NCBI GenBank assembly: GCA_964422165.1
Contig: CAYQZX010000022.1
Coordinates: forward strand, 65,002 to 129,001
Reading direction: 5' to 3'
DNA length: 64,000 bases
Source: an uncultured Eubacteriales bacterium
GTDB taxonomy: Bacteria > Acidobacteriota > Aminicenantia > Aminicenantales > Saccharicenantaceae
Part shown: piece after piece, positions 39,620 through 47,802 of the stretch
Layout of the letters: each line of letters starts with the position of its first letter
Numbering within the stretch: position 1 is the first letter of the stretch
Position numbers and translations under genes: made by a program
The notes under the pieces: generated by a model
Seen by the model: only the letters and a program-made list of their open reading frames with translations
What the model was told of the DNA's origin: nothing
Database searches by the model: none

Positions 39620-40015
39620 TTGAAAGAAAATACCTTTGACAGCAAATTTCGCTTTGTTATAGTGGCAGCTCAGAGGGCCAAACAACTTCTTAAGGGTGAA
39701 ACCCCGAAAATTAAAACCAGAAGCCGCAATCCCATCAGGATTGCTCAAGATGAAGTTCGGTCAGGAGCCATTAAGTATGAAATTTTACCCTTCAGGAGAG
39801 AGGAAGGTTTTGAGGAAGAAGAAGTCCTCTTGACTGAAGCCATACCTTTAGAAGCCGCAGAAGCTGAAGTTGAGCCTGAGTTTGAAGGTCAAGAGCTGGA
39901 GGAGCTTGAGGAAGAACTGCTCGAAGAAGGGGAAGAGGAACTCGAAGAACTTGAAGATTTAGAACTTGAAGATCTGGAGCTCGAAGAGGAAGGCGGCCTG
40001 GATGAGGAAGACTGA
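39620..40015 (+). CDS. rpoZ: DNA-directed RNA polymerase omega subunit with a long acidic (Glu/Leu-repeat) C-terminal extension
   Basis: N-terminal SKFRFVIVAAQRAKQL...NPIRIAQDEVRSGAI matches the RpoZ core (NRFDLVLVAARRARQ....VIALREI.EG). It is followed by about 60 aa of EELEEL-type repeats. Confidence 0.7.
   Translation: MKENTFDSKFRFVIVAAQRAKQLLKGETPKIKTRSRNPIRIAQDEVRSGAIKYEILPFRREEGFEEEEVLLTEAIPLEAAEAEVEPEFEGQELEELEEELLEEGEEELEELEDLELEDLELEEEGGLDEED
39880..40000. repeat. Short tandem coding repeats (GAAGAACTC/GAAGAGCTG-type 9-12 nt units)
   Basis: Read directly from the sequence: gaagaactgctcgaagaaggggaagaggaactcgaagaacttgaagatttagaacttgaagatctggagctcgaagaggaa. Confidence 0.55.
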
Positions 40016-40530
40016 TATTCCTTCAGCCTTTTTTCTTTAATCATCTGCCCGTAATCCATCTTTATAAAATCCCTGCGGGCAAAGCCCAGTTTTCTGGCCA
40101 GCCTGACGATATCGCTTCTTTTTCCTTCCAGTTCCAGAAAGTGCCCGACTTCGGTTTCATCCAGGCAAATCTTAACTCTATCTTTTCTCAGTAGCATTCT
40201 TTTTTTCCGGTATTCGAAGACAGGTCTTAAACCGAGTTTCTTAAGGATTTTCTTGAAGTGACGTATGTTTTTGACTTCCGATTCATATTCTTCTCTGACC
40301 TTAAAGGACCTTGATTTCAGTGGTTGTCCTTTAAAAGTTATGAATGCTTTGCGACCAAAGCGTCTGAGCCTTAAAGCTTGGTGGCTTTTTTCCAGCCGGC
40401 CATCAGCAAAATCATAGAAGGCATTCCATTCGCGGTAGAAATCGCGGTCAACAGTACAGCCCAGTTCCAGAAGCTTTTTTCTGATTTCTCTGGGGTCAGA
40501 GATTCTAAGTTTGACTTCTACTTCAATCAT
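39889..40530 (-). CDS. CYTH-domain protein (class IV adenylate cyclase CyaB / thiamine-triphosphatase-like). The annotated 3' end runs antisense through the rpoZ acidic repeats, producing a poly-Ser tail
   Basis: N-terminal EVEVKLRI (ExExK motif) and a roughly 165-aa CYTH core. The last 45 aa or so are Ser-rich because they are the reverse complement of GAA/GAG repeats. Confidence 0.65.
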   Translation of the reverse strand: MIEVEVKLRISDPREIRKKLLELGCTVDRDFYREWNAFYDFADGRLEKSHQALRLRRFGRKAFITFKGQPLKSRSFKVREEYESEVKNIRHFKKILKKLGLRPVFEYRKKRMLLRKDRVKICLDETEVGHFLELEGKRSDIVRLARKLGFARRDFIKMDYGQMIKEKRLKEYQSSSSRPPSSSSSRSSSSKSSSSSSSSSPSSSSSSSSSSSS

Positions 40531-40558
40531 TTTATTTTTCGTCTTTTCCTATTCTTTA

Positions 40559-41587
40559 TCATTTTTTTCGGTAAAGCACAAAGTCTACAAGTTCAAGGAG
40601 GGATTGTCGATATGGAGAAGGCTGGAGCTTCTTAACAGCCGAGCGGGCCTGGTCGGCAATTTCTTGAGCCAGCTTGAAGCTGAGTTGCAAAGAACCAGTA
40701 TTTTCCATTACTTTGAGTAAACTTAGAAAGTTATTCTGGTTAGGACTCTTTCGGTTATTTATTCTGAGCAGCAATTGCTTAAAGCCTTTTTTTGTTTTCG
40801 GGTCAGCTTTTTTCAGAGCTAGGATAAATGGAAGAGTGATTCTCCCTTCTTTCAGGTCCGAAAATCTTGGTTTTCCTGTTTCCCGAGGATTGCCCACCAG
40901 GTCCAGGAGGTCGTCGACAATCTGGAATACCAGCCCCAGGTTAAGACCGTATTTTCTTAAGGCTTTTTTTTCTTTTTCTGGAGCCTGGCTCAGAAGGCAG
41001 GCAATTTCGCAGCCGGTCTGGAAAAGCCTGGCTGTCTTTTTTTCGATAATTCGGAAATACTGAGATTCTTTTAAGTTGAGGTTGAAACTATTAGCCAGTT
41101 CTTCGATTTCACCTTCAACCATAAGTCGGGTTGACTCTACCAACTTCTTGGTAATTTTTCTATCTGTTAGGTTTAGAAAACTATTGATGGACTGAAGAAA
41201 CAGAAAATCCCCCAGCAGAAGGCTGAATTCAAGCCCAAATATGGTTAAGGCTGTTTTCTGTCCGCGTCGCAGGGTGGAGCCATCTATGATGTCGTCGTGA
41301 ATCAGGCTGGCCAGATGGATGGTTTCCAGAGCTGAAGCGGCGGCTATTTCTCTTCGACCGCGGTGGCCATAGTGACTGGCTATGAGCAACATAATTCCGG
41401 GCCGGATTAATTTTCCCTGACGGATGACAACTTTTCTGACCACCTTTTTTAAGACCGGACTGGTCCCTTTGCCGAGGGCAGTCAGACATTTTTGAACAGA
41501 CTTGAGCTGCCTGGCTACCGGGGAGAAGATTTTCTCCAGATTAAGAGGATTTGGTGGCTGGGGTTTGGCTCTGCAGTGTTTAGGCAT
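40559..41587 (-). CDS. Polyprenyl diphosphate synthase (hepta/octaprenyl type, IspB/HepT-like)
   Basis: First DDxxD (LIHDDIIDGSTLRRGQ) and second (FQIVDDLLD) aspartate-rich motifs. Confidence 0.8.
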   Translation of the reverse strand: MPKHCRAKPQPPNPLNLEKIFSPVARQLKSVQKCLTALGKGTSPVLKKVVRKVVIRQGKLIRPGIMLLIASHYGHRGRREIAAASALETIHLASLIHDDIIDGSTLRRGQKTALTIFGLEFSLLLGDFLFLQSINSFLNLTDRKITKKLVESTRLMVEGEIEELANSFNLNLKESQYFRIIEKKTARLFQTGCEIACLLSQAPEKEKKALRKYGLNLGLVFQIVDDLLDLVGNPRETGKPRFSDLKEGRITLPFILALKKADPKTKKGFKQLLLRINNRKSPNQNNFLSLLKVMENTGSLQLSFKLAQEIADQARSAVKKLQPSPYRQSLLELVDFVLYRKK

Positions 41588-41640
41588 TATTATTTTTTGG
41601 TGGGTAGAGTAGCATAATGGTGAATATTAGCACCACTTAA

Positions 41641-42462
41641 CTATTTTTTCAATTTAAACAGCCGGAAAAAATTATTGGTGGTAATTTCAGCCATTTCTTC
41701 AAGACTCAGGTTATGGAGCCGGGCTAAGGTTCGAGCAGTTGAGACTACCAGAGCCGGCTCATTTCTTTTCCAGGTTTTCTTCTCTGGCCAGGGAGTTAGA
41801 TAGGGAGCATCAGTTTCTACTAATAGGGTTTCAACCGGGAGCTGACTGGCAATTTCCCTCAAATAAGCCGCTGGCCGGTAAGTCAGAATACCTGAAAAGG
41901 AAATCAGAAAACCCTGGTCCAGCATGGTTCTGGCCAGTTCCCGGTTTTCAGTGAAGCAGTGCAGGATCCCTCTTTGTTTGAAGCCGGTAGATTTAATGGC
42001 CTCAATTATTTTCCCGGCTGCCTGCCGACTGTGGATGATGACCGGAAGTCCGAGCTCAGCAGCCAGAAGCAGCTGTAGACTGAAAGCTTCCATTTGCTTT
42101 TTTTCTGGTGAAAAATTGTAGTAAAAGTCAAGCCCTATTTCCCCGATGGCCAGAATTTTTTTTTCTTCAGCCAGCTTTTTTATTGAATTGAGATGCTCAG
42201 GTGAAAGCCTATCGGCTTGATGGGGGTGAACTCCAGCCGCCAGGTAAATACCAGAAAATTTTTGCCGGAGCTCGAGGCCATTTTTAAGACTTTCTTCAGA
42301 ACAAAGATCTAACGGACAGAGTACCCATTTAACTGAGTTTTGCCTGGCTCTAGCTATTACTTCAGCCCGGTCAGAATTGAAATCGGCCATGTCCAGATGA
42401 GCGTGAGAGTCAACAAGACCGGCGACAATTTCTTCAACTGGTTCCAGGGAATTAGCTGGCAT
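41641..42462 (-). CDS. tatD: TatD family metal-dependent hydrolase/DNase
   Basis: VDSHAHLD N-terminal motif, conserved His/Glu/Asp spacing, about 270 aa. Confidence 0.8.
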   Translation of the reverse strand: MPANSLEPVEEIVAGLVDSHAHLDMADFNSDRAEVIARARQNSVKWVLCPLDLCSEESLKNGLELRQKFSGIYLAAGVHPHQADRLSPEHLNSIKKLAEEKKILAIGEIGLDFYYNFSPEKKQMEAFSLQLLLAAELGLPVIIHSRQAAGKIIEAIKSTGFKQRGILHCFTENRELARTMLDQGFLISFSGILTYRPAAYLREIASQLPVETLLVETDAPYLTPWPEKKTWKRNEPALVVSTARTLARLHNLSLEEMAEITTNNFFRLFKLKK

Positions 42463-42540
42463 GATTACATTTATACTTTAAGGTTAGGAATAAAAAAATA
42501 AGGAGGAGAAATCATCAGAATTTCTCCTCCCTTGAAAGAC

Positions 42541-44301
42541 TTAATTTATAACCCGGCTTCTGAGCTGAACAATGGGAACAGCTCCGTTTGATATAAGCCT
42601 GGCGATAAACTCAGCCCGATTGAAAGCCTGTCCTTTGGTTCTCTGGGCATCCTTTTCCAGGTCCAGGATTTCCTGAAGACCTACATAAGGCAGAGCTCCC
42701 ATTCCGGGATTGAGTACCAGATAATCCCACTTTCTTTCAGCTTCAGCTTCAGTCTGAAAGCCCTGAACAGTGAGATAGCGAATAACCTGCTCTTTTGTCA
42801 TTCCGCCCTGGTGAATGTTGAGATCAATGATAAAGTCCATGGCTGTTTTGAGCATCAATTTTAACTGATTTAACCTGATTCTCAGGTCATAATCGCCATA
42901 GCCGGCTGCGATCAGATTTTCCTGAAGGTAAACTGGCCAGCCCAGGAGCAAGGCCTGGTTGGGGAAAACGCGGGAAATCAGGCTAGAGGCCTTCTTGGTA
43001 ATGGTCAGGGGAACGAAAGTTCCAGGGAAAACTTTCTGAGCGGTCAGCACTTCCAGGTAAAAGTTATTGTATTCTTCCAGAAAGTTTTTGACTTTTTCTT
43101 CAGACCAGTCTGGGGGAATGGGCATAATTTCCAGTGCGTAATTGCCATGAGTTTCGTAAGCTCCGGGGCCAATCAGGCGAGTGGGGGAAACTCCGGAAAA
43201 GTAAGCCGGCATCGGTCTAATGGTTAAATTTTCTGCTGGAACGGGGAAAGTTTTGGTTTCCTCAGCAAACTTCCTAAGCTTCTCGGCCACTGCTGCAATG
43301 GAGGAAACCAGCTGGTCTCTGGTTGGATGGAAAGCTTTGATTTTATCAAACACGTTCCTTATCACCCGGTTCCAGATGGTATCCTGATCTCCCTGCAATT
43401 GTTCGAGATCAATTTCCGGATACATCATCTTATGAAGTGGGATGCAGACCAGAAACATCTCTCGGCGGATGTTTTTAACATCGGCCGTGGCTCTGGCAAT
43501 CAGTTCTTCCTGGCTGATAGCCGAGCCAGAAAGCCTTTGAATCATTCGGCGGTGAACTTCCTGAACCCGGAAATTGCCGGTGGACCTGGGCAGCAGTTCG
43601 TTTCTGAGATATCTCTGGTAATCTTCAAGCAGAGCCACCACTTTGTTGAGTTCGGCGAGGAAAGCTTGTTTGGTAACTTCTGATGCTTCAGCCACCAGAT
43701 TCGGGGCTTCGGTCTTGTAGAAATCGATGATATAGGGCATCTGCCTGAGAGCGGTTTCAGTGTAAGCCTGAGCTGGGGTCTTTAAATTTTCTCTAGCCCT
43801 TTTGATAAGAGTTGGCATTTGCTTGGCTCTTTCTGTGGCACTTTTAACTCTGGCCTCAAGAGGAGCGAAATCACTGGTTAGCAGGCTATGAATGCTGTTG
43901 ATGATTATGTCGTTGTAAAATAGAGGGTTGTAGTCCCAGGGCAGAAGGTTTTCCAGTCTAATAATCTCGAGGTCTATGTAATCGAAGAGGATATTCAGAG
44001 CCTGTTGATTCTCGGCTGAAAGTTTTGACCGGTCAAGTTTAATGATGTCGCCGTTTATTTTCTTTATAAGATCGTCTCTTTTATCAACGTTTGATTGACT
44101 GGGGTCTTCTAGCTTGTCGTTGTATTTGTAGTAGCCGGCCAGAGTAGCTTGAGTCGGATAAAATTTCCAGTATTCATCCAGATAAGTTTCCAGAATTTTC
44201 TGGAATTTGCCGTCTTCAGCACTCTGAGCCAGAGCCTGCCCGAAAGGATGAAGCAGGATTAAAATGGCGGCACTTAAAAGCAGCAATTTTGATTTCTTCA
44301 T
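42541..44301 (-). CDS. Secreted DUF885-family protein (putative lipoprotein or peptidase-like)
   Basis: Signal peptide, then YLDEYWKFYP..AT..G...YNDKL, the characteristic DUF885 N-terminal motif; 586 aa. Confidence 0.55.
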   Translation of the reverse strand: MKKSKLLLLSAAILILLHPFGQALAQSAEDGKFQKILETYLDEYWKFYPTQATLAGYYKYNDKLEDPSQSNVDKRDDLIKKINGDIIKLDRSKLSAENQQALNILFDYIDLEIIRLENLLPWDYNPLFYNDIIINSIHSLLTSDFAPLEARVKSATERAKQMPTLIKRARENLKTPAQAYTETALRQMPYIIDFYKTEAPNLVAEASEVTKQAFLAELNKVVALLEDYQRYLRNELLPRSTGNFRVQEVHRRMIQRLSGSAISQEELIARATADVKNIRREMFLVCIPLHKMMYPEIDLEQLQGDQDTIWNRVIRNVFDKIKAFHPTRDQLVSSIAAVAEKLRKFAEETKTFPVPAENLTIRPMPAYFSGVSPTRLIGPGAYETHGNYALEIMPIPPDWSEEKVKNFLEEYNNFYLEVLTAQKVFPGTFVPLTITKKASSLISRVFPNQALLLGWPVYLQENLIAAGYGDYDLRIRLNQLKLMLKTAMDFIIDLNIHQGGMTKEQVIRYLTVQGFQTEAEAERKWDYLVLNPGMGALPYVGLQEILDLEKDAQRTKGQAFNRAEFIARLISNGAVPIVQLRSRVIN

Positions 44302-44412
44302 TCTGATAACCTCCTTGTGTCTTTTGTCTCCGGCTAATGCCTTAATTTAATTCTAACTTTTTATATTACCACAGCCTGATTATTAATATCAATTTTTATT
44401 TGATAAAATCTT

Positions 44413-45414
44413 TTACCACCTGATGAAGGCTGAACCCCAGGTAAAACCGGCTCCGAAGGCGGTGAGAGCTATGAGCATACCTTTTTGAATTCGGCCGTCT
44501 TTTACGGCTTCTGAGAGAGCAATCGGAATGGAAGCAGCCGTGGTGTTGCCGTATTTATCTATGTTTCTGATAACCTTCTCTTCCGGAATTTTCAGTCCTC
44601 GGGCCACCATCTGAGAAATGCGGTCGTTGGCCTGATGGGGAATTAAATAATCGATGTCATTTACTGTCAGGCCCAGGTGCTGAAGACCCTGCAGCACAGC
44701 CTGAGGCATTTTTTCGGAAGCGTTTTTAAAAACAGTCCGGCCATTCATTCGGGGATAGAATGCTCCCTGCTCAAAAAATTCAGGTCTGAAGGTTGGGTTA
44801 TCTTTTGAGGATGGCTTTTCCATCCAGAGCTCGCTGACGAACCGACCGTCTGAAAAAAGATGACAGGAAAGAACGCCTCGGCCATCACCTGAATCGTTTG
44901 GCTCAAGAATAACCGCTCCGGCTCCATCTCCAAAAAGAACAGCCATGTCCCGGCCTTCGTCAGAAAAATCCAGATTGGCCGATTGAAGCTCGGCAGCCAC
45001 CAGAAGTATCTTTTTATAAGTACCGGTCTTTATGTACTGGTCGGCTACGGAAAGAGCATAGATGAATCCGGAACACTGGTTTCTGATGTCAAGGGCTCCT
45101 ATTTCTTTTAACCCGAGCTTGGCCTGGACCATCACTCCTATTCCCGGGAAATAGTGGTCGGGAGAAAGAGTGGCTGCAATGATGAAATCGATTTCTGACC
45201 TGTCTATTCCGGCATCTTCTATAGCTCTAAGGGCAGCTTCCGTGGCTAGGTCTGAAGTCCCCACCCCCGGTTCAGCCCAGTGACGCTGGATAATACCTGT
45301 TCGTTCTCTTATCCACTCATCAGAGGTGTTCATCATTTTTTCCAGGTCAAAATTAGTTACCACTTTAGGTGGAACATAATGTCCAATCCCTGTTATTACT
45401 GTTTTTCTTTCCAT
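44413..45414 (-). CDS. fabH: 3-oxoacyl-ACP synthase III (KAS III)
   Basis: C-terminal GFGAGFTWGS, an active-site Cys region (NQCSGFIYAL), and His/Asn motifs. I chose the start at Met 45414 after a GGAG RBS. Confidence 0.8.
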   Translation of the reverse strand: MERKTVITGIGHYVPPKVVTNFDLEKMMNTSDEWIRERTGIIQRHWAEPGVGTSDLATEAALRAIEDAGIDRSEIDFIIAATLSPDHYFPGIGVMVQAKLGLKEIGALDIRNQCSGFIYALSVADQYIKTGTYKKILLVAAELQSANLDFSDEGRDMAVLFGDGAGAVILEPNDSGDGRGVLSCHLFSDGRFVSELWMEKPSSKDNPTFRPEFFEQGAFYPRMNGRTVFKNASEKMPQAVLQGLQHLGLTVNDIDYLIPHQANDRISQMVARGLKIPEEKVIRNIDKYGNTTAASIPIALSEAVKDGRIQKGMLIALTAFGAGFTWGSAFIRW

Positions 45415-45504
45415 TTTATGATTACTCCATTTGTTTTGTTTATTTATGGGCATTAAATTATAAATGAAATTTTAATAGAGATAAAATAAAAAATTATTAT
45501 TTCT

Positions 45505-46479
45505 CTACAGCCAGCCTTGCTTTTGGTACCAGGTGAGGGTTTCTCTCAGCGCCTTCTGAAAATCCCAGACGGTCTCAAACTCCAGTTCCCGCTTGATTTT
45601 AGAAACATCAGCCACCCAGGAGAGTTTTTCCAGATCCTGACATTTACTGAGGTTCAAAGTGCTGGGTTTTTTTGAAAATCTGGAAAGAAGTTCAGAACAT
45701 CCGGCCACTCCTCTGGCCGCCCAGAGGGGCACTCTAATTGTCGTTACCTTTCTCCCCAAAATTCTGGCCGATTCCAGCCCTATCTCTTCCCAGCTTCTGG
45801 GCACAGGGTCTGCTACATTGTAAATTTCTCCACTCTTTAGACCAGGCTGGGCGGCTTTAAGCAATGCCCTTACCAGGTCATCCACATAGCAAAGGCTCAT
45901 CAAAATCGGCCTGGTAAAAGATAGCAATAAGCCCCTCTTAATTAGCTGAAAGAACTGTAAGAAATCTAGGTCACCAGGTCCGTAGACAGCTGCAGCCCGC
46001 AGGATTATGACCTGGAGCTCATTTTTCTTTTTTAAGACTTCAGCCTCAGCCTGCAGCTTGCTGTGGCCGTAGGGCGAAGCCGGGCAGGGAGAAGAGTCTT
46101 CACTAACCGGTTCTCCTGAGGAAGAAGGTCTTCCGGCGGCCAGGCTGCTCAGATGCACAAACCTCGGTCTGAGTCCACTGCGCAGCAGAGAGAGGAGTAA
46201 GCTTGCCGTTCCCTTCTGGTTTACAGTATAATAATCAGCTGGACTCAGAGCTTTGGTCAGTCCAGCTAAGTGAAAGACCACTTCACAGTCACCTGGAAGG
46301 GACGGAAGCGACAGGAGGTCTCCTTTTAAAAGGTAGAGGTTGTTGAATGATTTGAGCCGGTTCAGTTTAGCGGGGTTTCTGACGAGGGCATAAACTTGGT
46401 TCTGAGGATTGCTGGAGAGCAAATGTTCGACCAGGCGGGTACCGATGAATCCGGTGGCACCGGTAACCAGGGCAATCAT
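45505..46479 (-). CDS. NAD(P)-dependent epimerase/dehydratase-family SDR protein
   Basis: N-terminal Rossmann VTGATGFIG; a YxxxK-type catalytic region (YGHSK); 324 aa. Confidence 0.7.
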   Translation of the reverse strand: MIALVTGATGFIGTRLVEHLLSSNPQNQVYALVRNPAKLNRLKSFNNLYLLKGDLLSLPSLPGDCEVVFHLAGLTKALSPADYYTVNQKGTASLLLSLLRSGLRPRFVHLSSLAAGRPSSSGEPVSEDSSPCPASPYGHSKLQAEAEVLKKKNELQVIILRAAAVYGPGDLDFLQFFQLIKRGLLLSFTRPILMSLCYVDDLVRALLKAAQPGLKSGEIYNVADPVPRSWEEIGLESARILGRKVTTIRVPLWAARGVAGCSELLSRFSKKPSTLNLSKCQDLEKLSWVADVSKIKRELEFETVWDFQKALRETLTWYQKQGWL

Positions 46480-46598
46480 GCTCTGATTTTAGACCAAGCC
46501 TTCGGGCCGGTCAATCAATCTTGAAAAAAGTTTAAGAAAAGAGTAAAAAGTTATAACCATTAATTAGAAAGAGTTTGAAAATATTTCAGGAGGACAGA

Positions 46599-47783
46599 AT
46601 GGATATTTTTGAAAAGTGCTATGCTTATACCAAAGATGAGGAGGCAAAAGCTCTCGGACTTTATCCCTACTTCACTCCAATTTCTGAAGCTAAAGGCAAC
46701 AGAGTCAAGGTGCACGGGAAAGATATGATTCTGGTTGGGTCCAATAATTATCTTGGATTGATTGACCATCCCAAAGTTAAAAAGGCTGCTCAGGAAGCCA
46801 TTGACCGCTACGGCGTGGCTACCTGCGGTTCCAGGTTTCTGACCGGAACCATCGACCTGCACGAGGTCCTGGAGGAGAGATTGGCCAGGTTCATGAGGAA
46901 AGAAGCAGCCGTCACTTTCTCCACCGGATATCAAACTAACCTGGGCATAATTACCTCACTGGCTGGCAAGGACGATTGTATCATTACTGACCGCATGGAC
47001 CATGCCAGTATTATAGATGCCTGCCGGATGTCCAGGGCTGAGGTTAAGAAATACAGGCATAACGATATGGAAGACCTGGAAAAAGTCCTGTCCGAGATTC
47101 CGGCTGAAAAAGGGAAGCTAATTGTGGTTGATGGAGTCTTCAGTATGGAAGGTGACATTGTGGATTTGCCCGGAGTGGTTAAGCTGGCTAAAAAATACCG
47201 GGCCCGCATTCTGGTTGATGATGCTCATGGTCTTGGAGTCCTTGGCCAGAACGGCCGTGGTACAGCCGAACATTTTGGACTGGAAGATGAAGTTGACCTA
47301 ATCATGGGTACCTTTAGCAAATCTTTTGTTTCTATCGGTGGCTTTGTTGCTGGAGAGAAAAAAGTTGTTAACTACATCAAACACAATGCCCGACCGTTGA
47401 TTTTCAGCGCTGCAGCGACTCCGGCCTCAGTGGCCACAGTTCTGGCTGCTCTCGAGGTCATCGAAACCGAACCGGAAAGAAGAGAAAGACTCTGGCAGAT
47501 TACCAGGTTTATGCGGGAAAGCTTCCAGAAGATGGGTTTCGATACTGGACCAAGCCAGACACCCATAATTCCTATCATTATCGGTCATTTTGAAAAGTGT
47601 TTTGCCATGTGGAAGGCTCTTAAAGAAGCCGGAATTTTCACAACGCCGGTAATTCCGCCGGCCGTTCCAGCCGGTCAGGAACTGATCAGAACCAGTTATT
47701 CAGCCAACCATACCGATGAAGAACTCCATCAGATTCTGGCAGCCTTTGAAATGTGCGGCAAAGCTCTGGGCATAATTCATTGA
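46599..47783 (+). CDS. Alpha-oxoamine synthase family PLP enzyme, serine-palmitoyltransferase-like (alternatively BioF/Kbl)
   Basis: PLP-lysine motif GTFSKSFVSIGGFVAG, plus DDAHG and SNNYLGL motifs of class II aminotransferases of the AONS/Spt/Kbl group. Start at 46599 after a CAGGAGGA RBS. Confidence 0.7.
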   Translation: MDIFEKCYAYTKDEEAKALGLYPYFTPISEAKGNRVKVHGKDMILVGSNNYLGLIDHPKVKKAAQEAIDRYGVATCGSRFLTGTIDLHEVLEERLARFMRKEAAVTFSTGYQTNLGIITSLAGKDDCIITDRMDHASIIDACRMSRAEVKKYRHNDMEDLEKVLSEIPAEKGKLIVVDGVFSMEGDIVDLPGVVKLAKKYRARILVDDAHGLGVLGQNGRGTAEHFGLEDEVDLIMGTFSKSFVSIGGFVAGEKKVVNYIKHNARPLIFSAAATPASVATVLAALEVIETEPERRERLWQITRFMRESFQKMGFDTGPSQTPIIPIIIGHFEKCFAMWKALKEAGIFTTPVIPPAVPAGQELIRTSYSANHTDEELHQILAAFEMCGKALGIIH

Positions 47784-47802
47784 GTCAATAATATTTAAGC
47801 GG

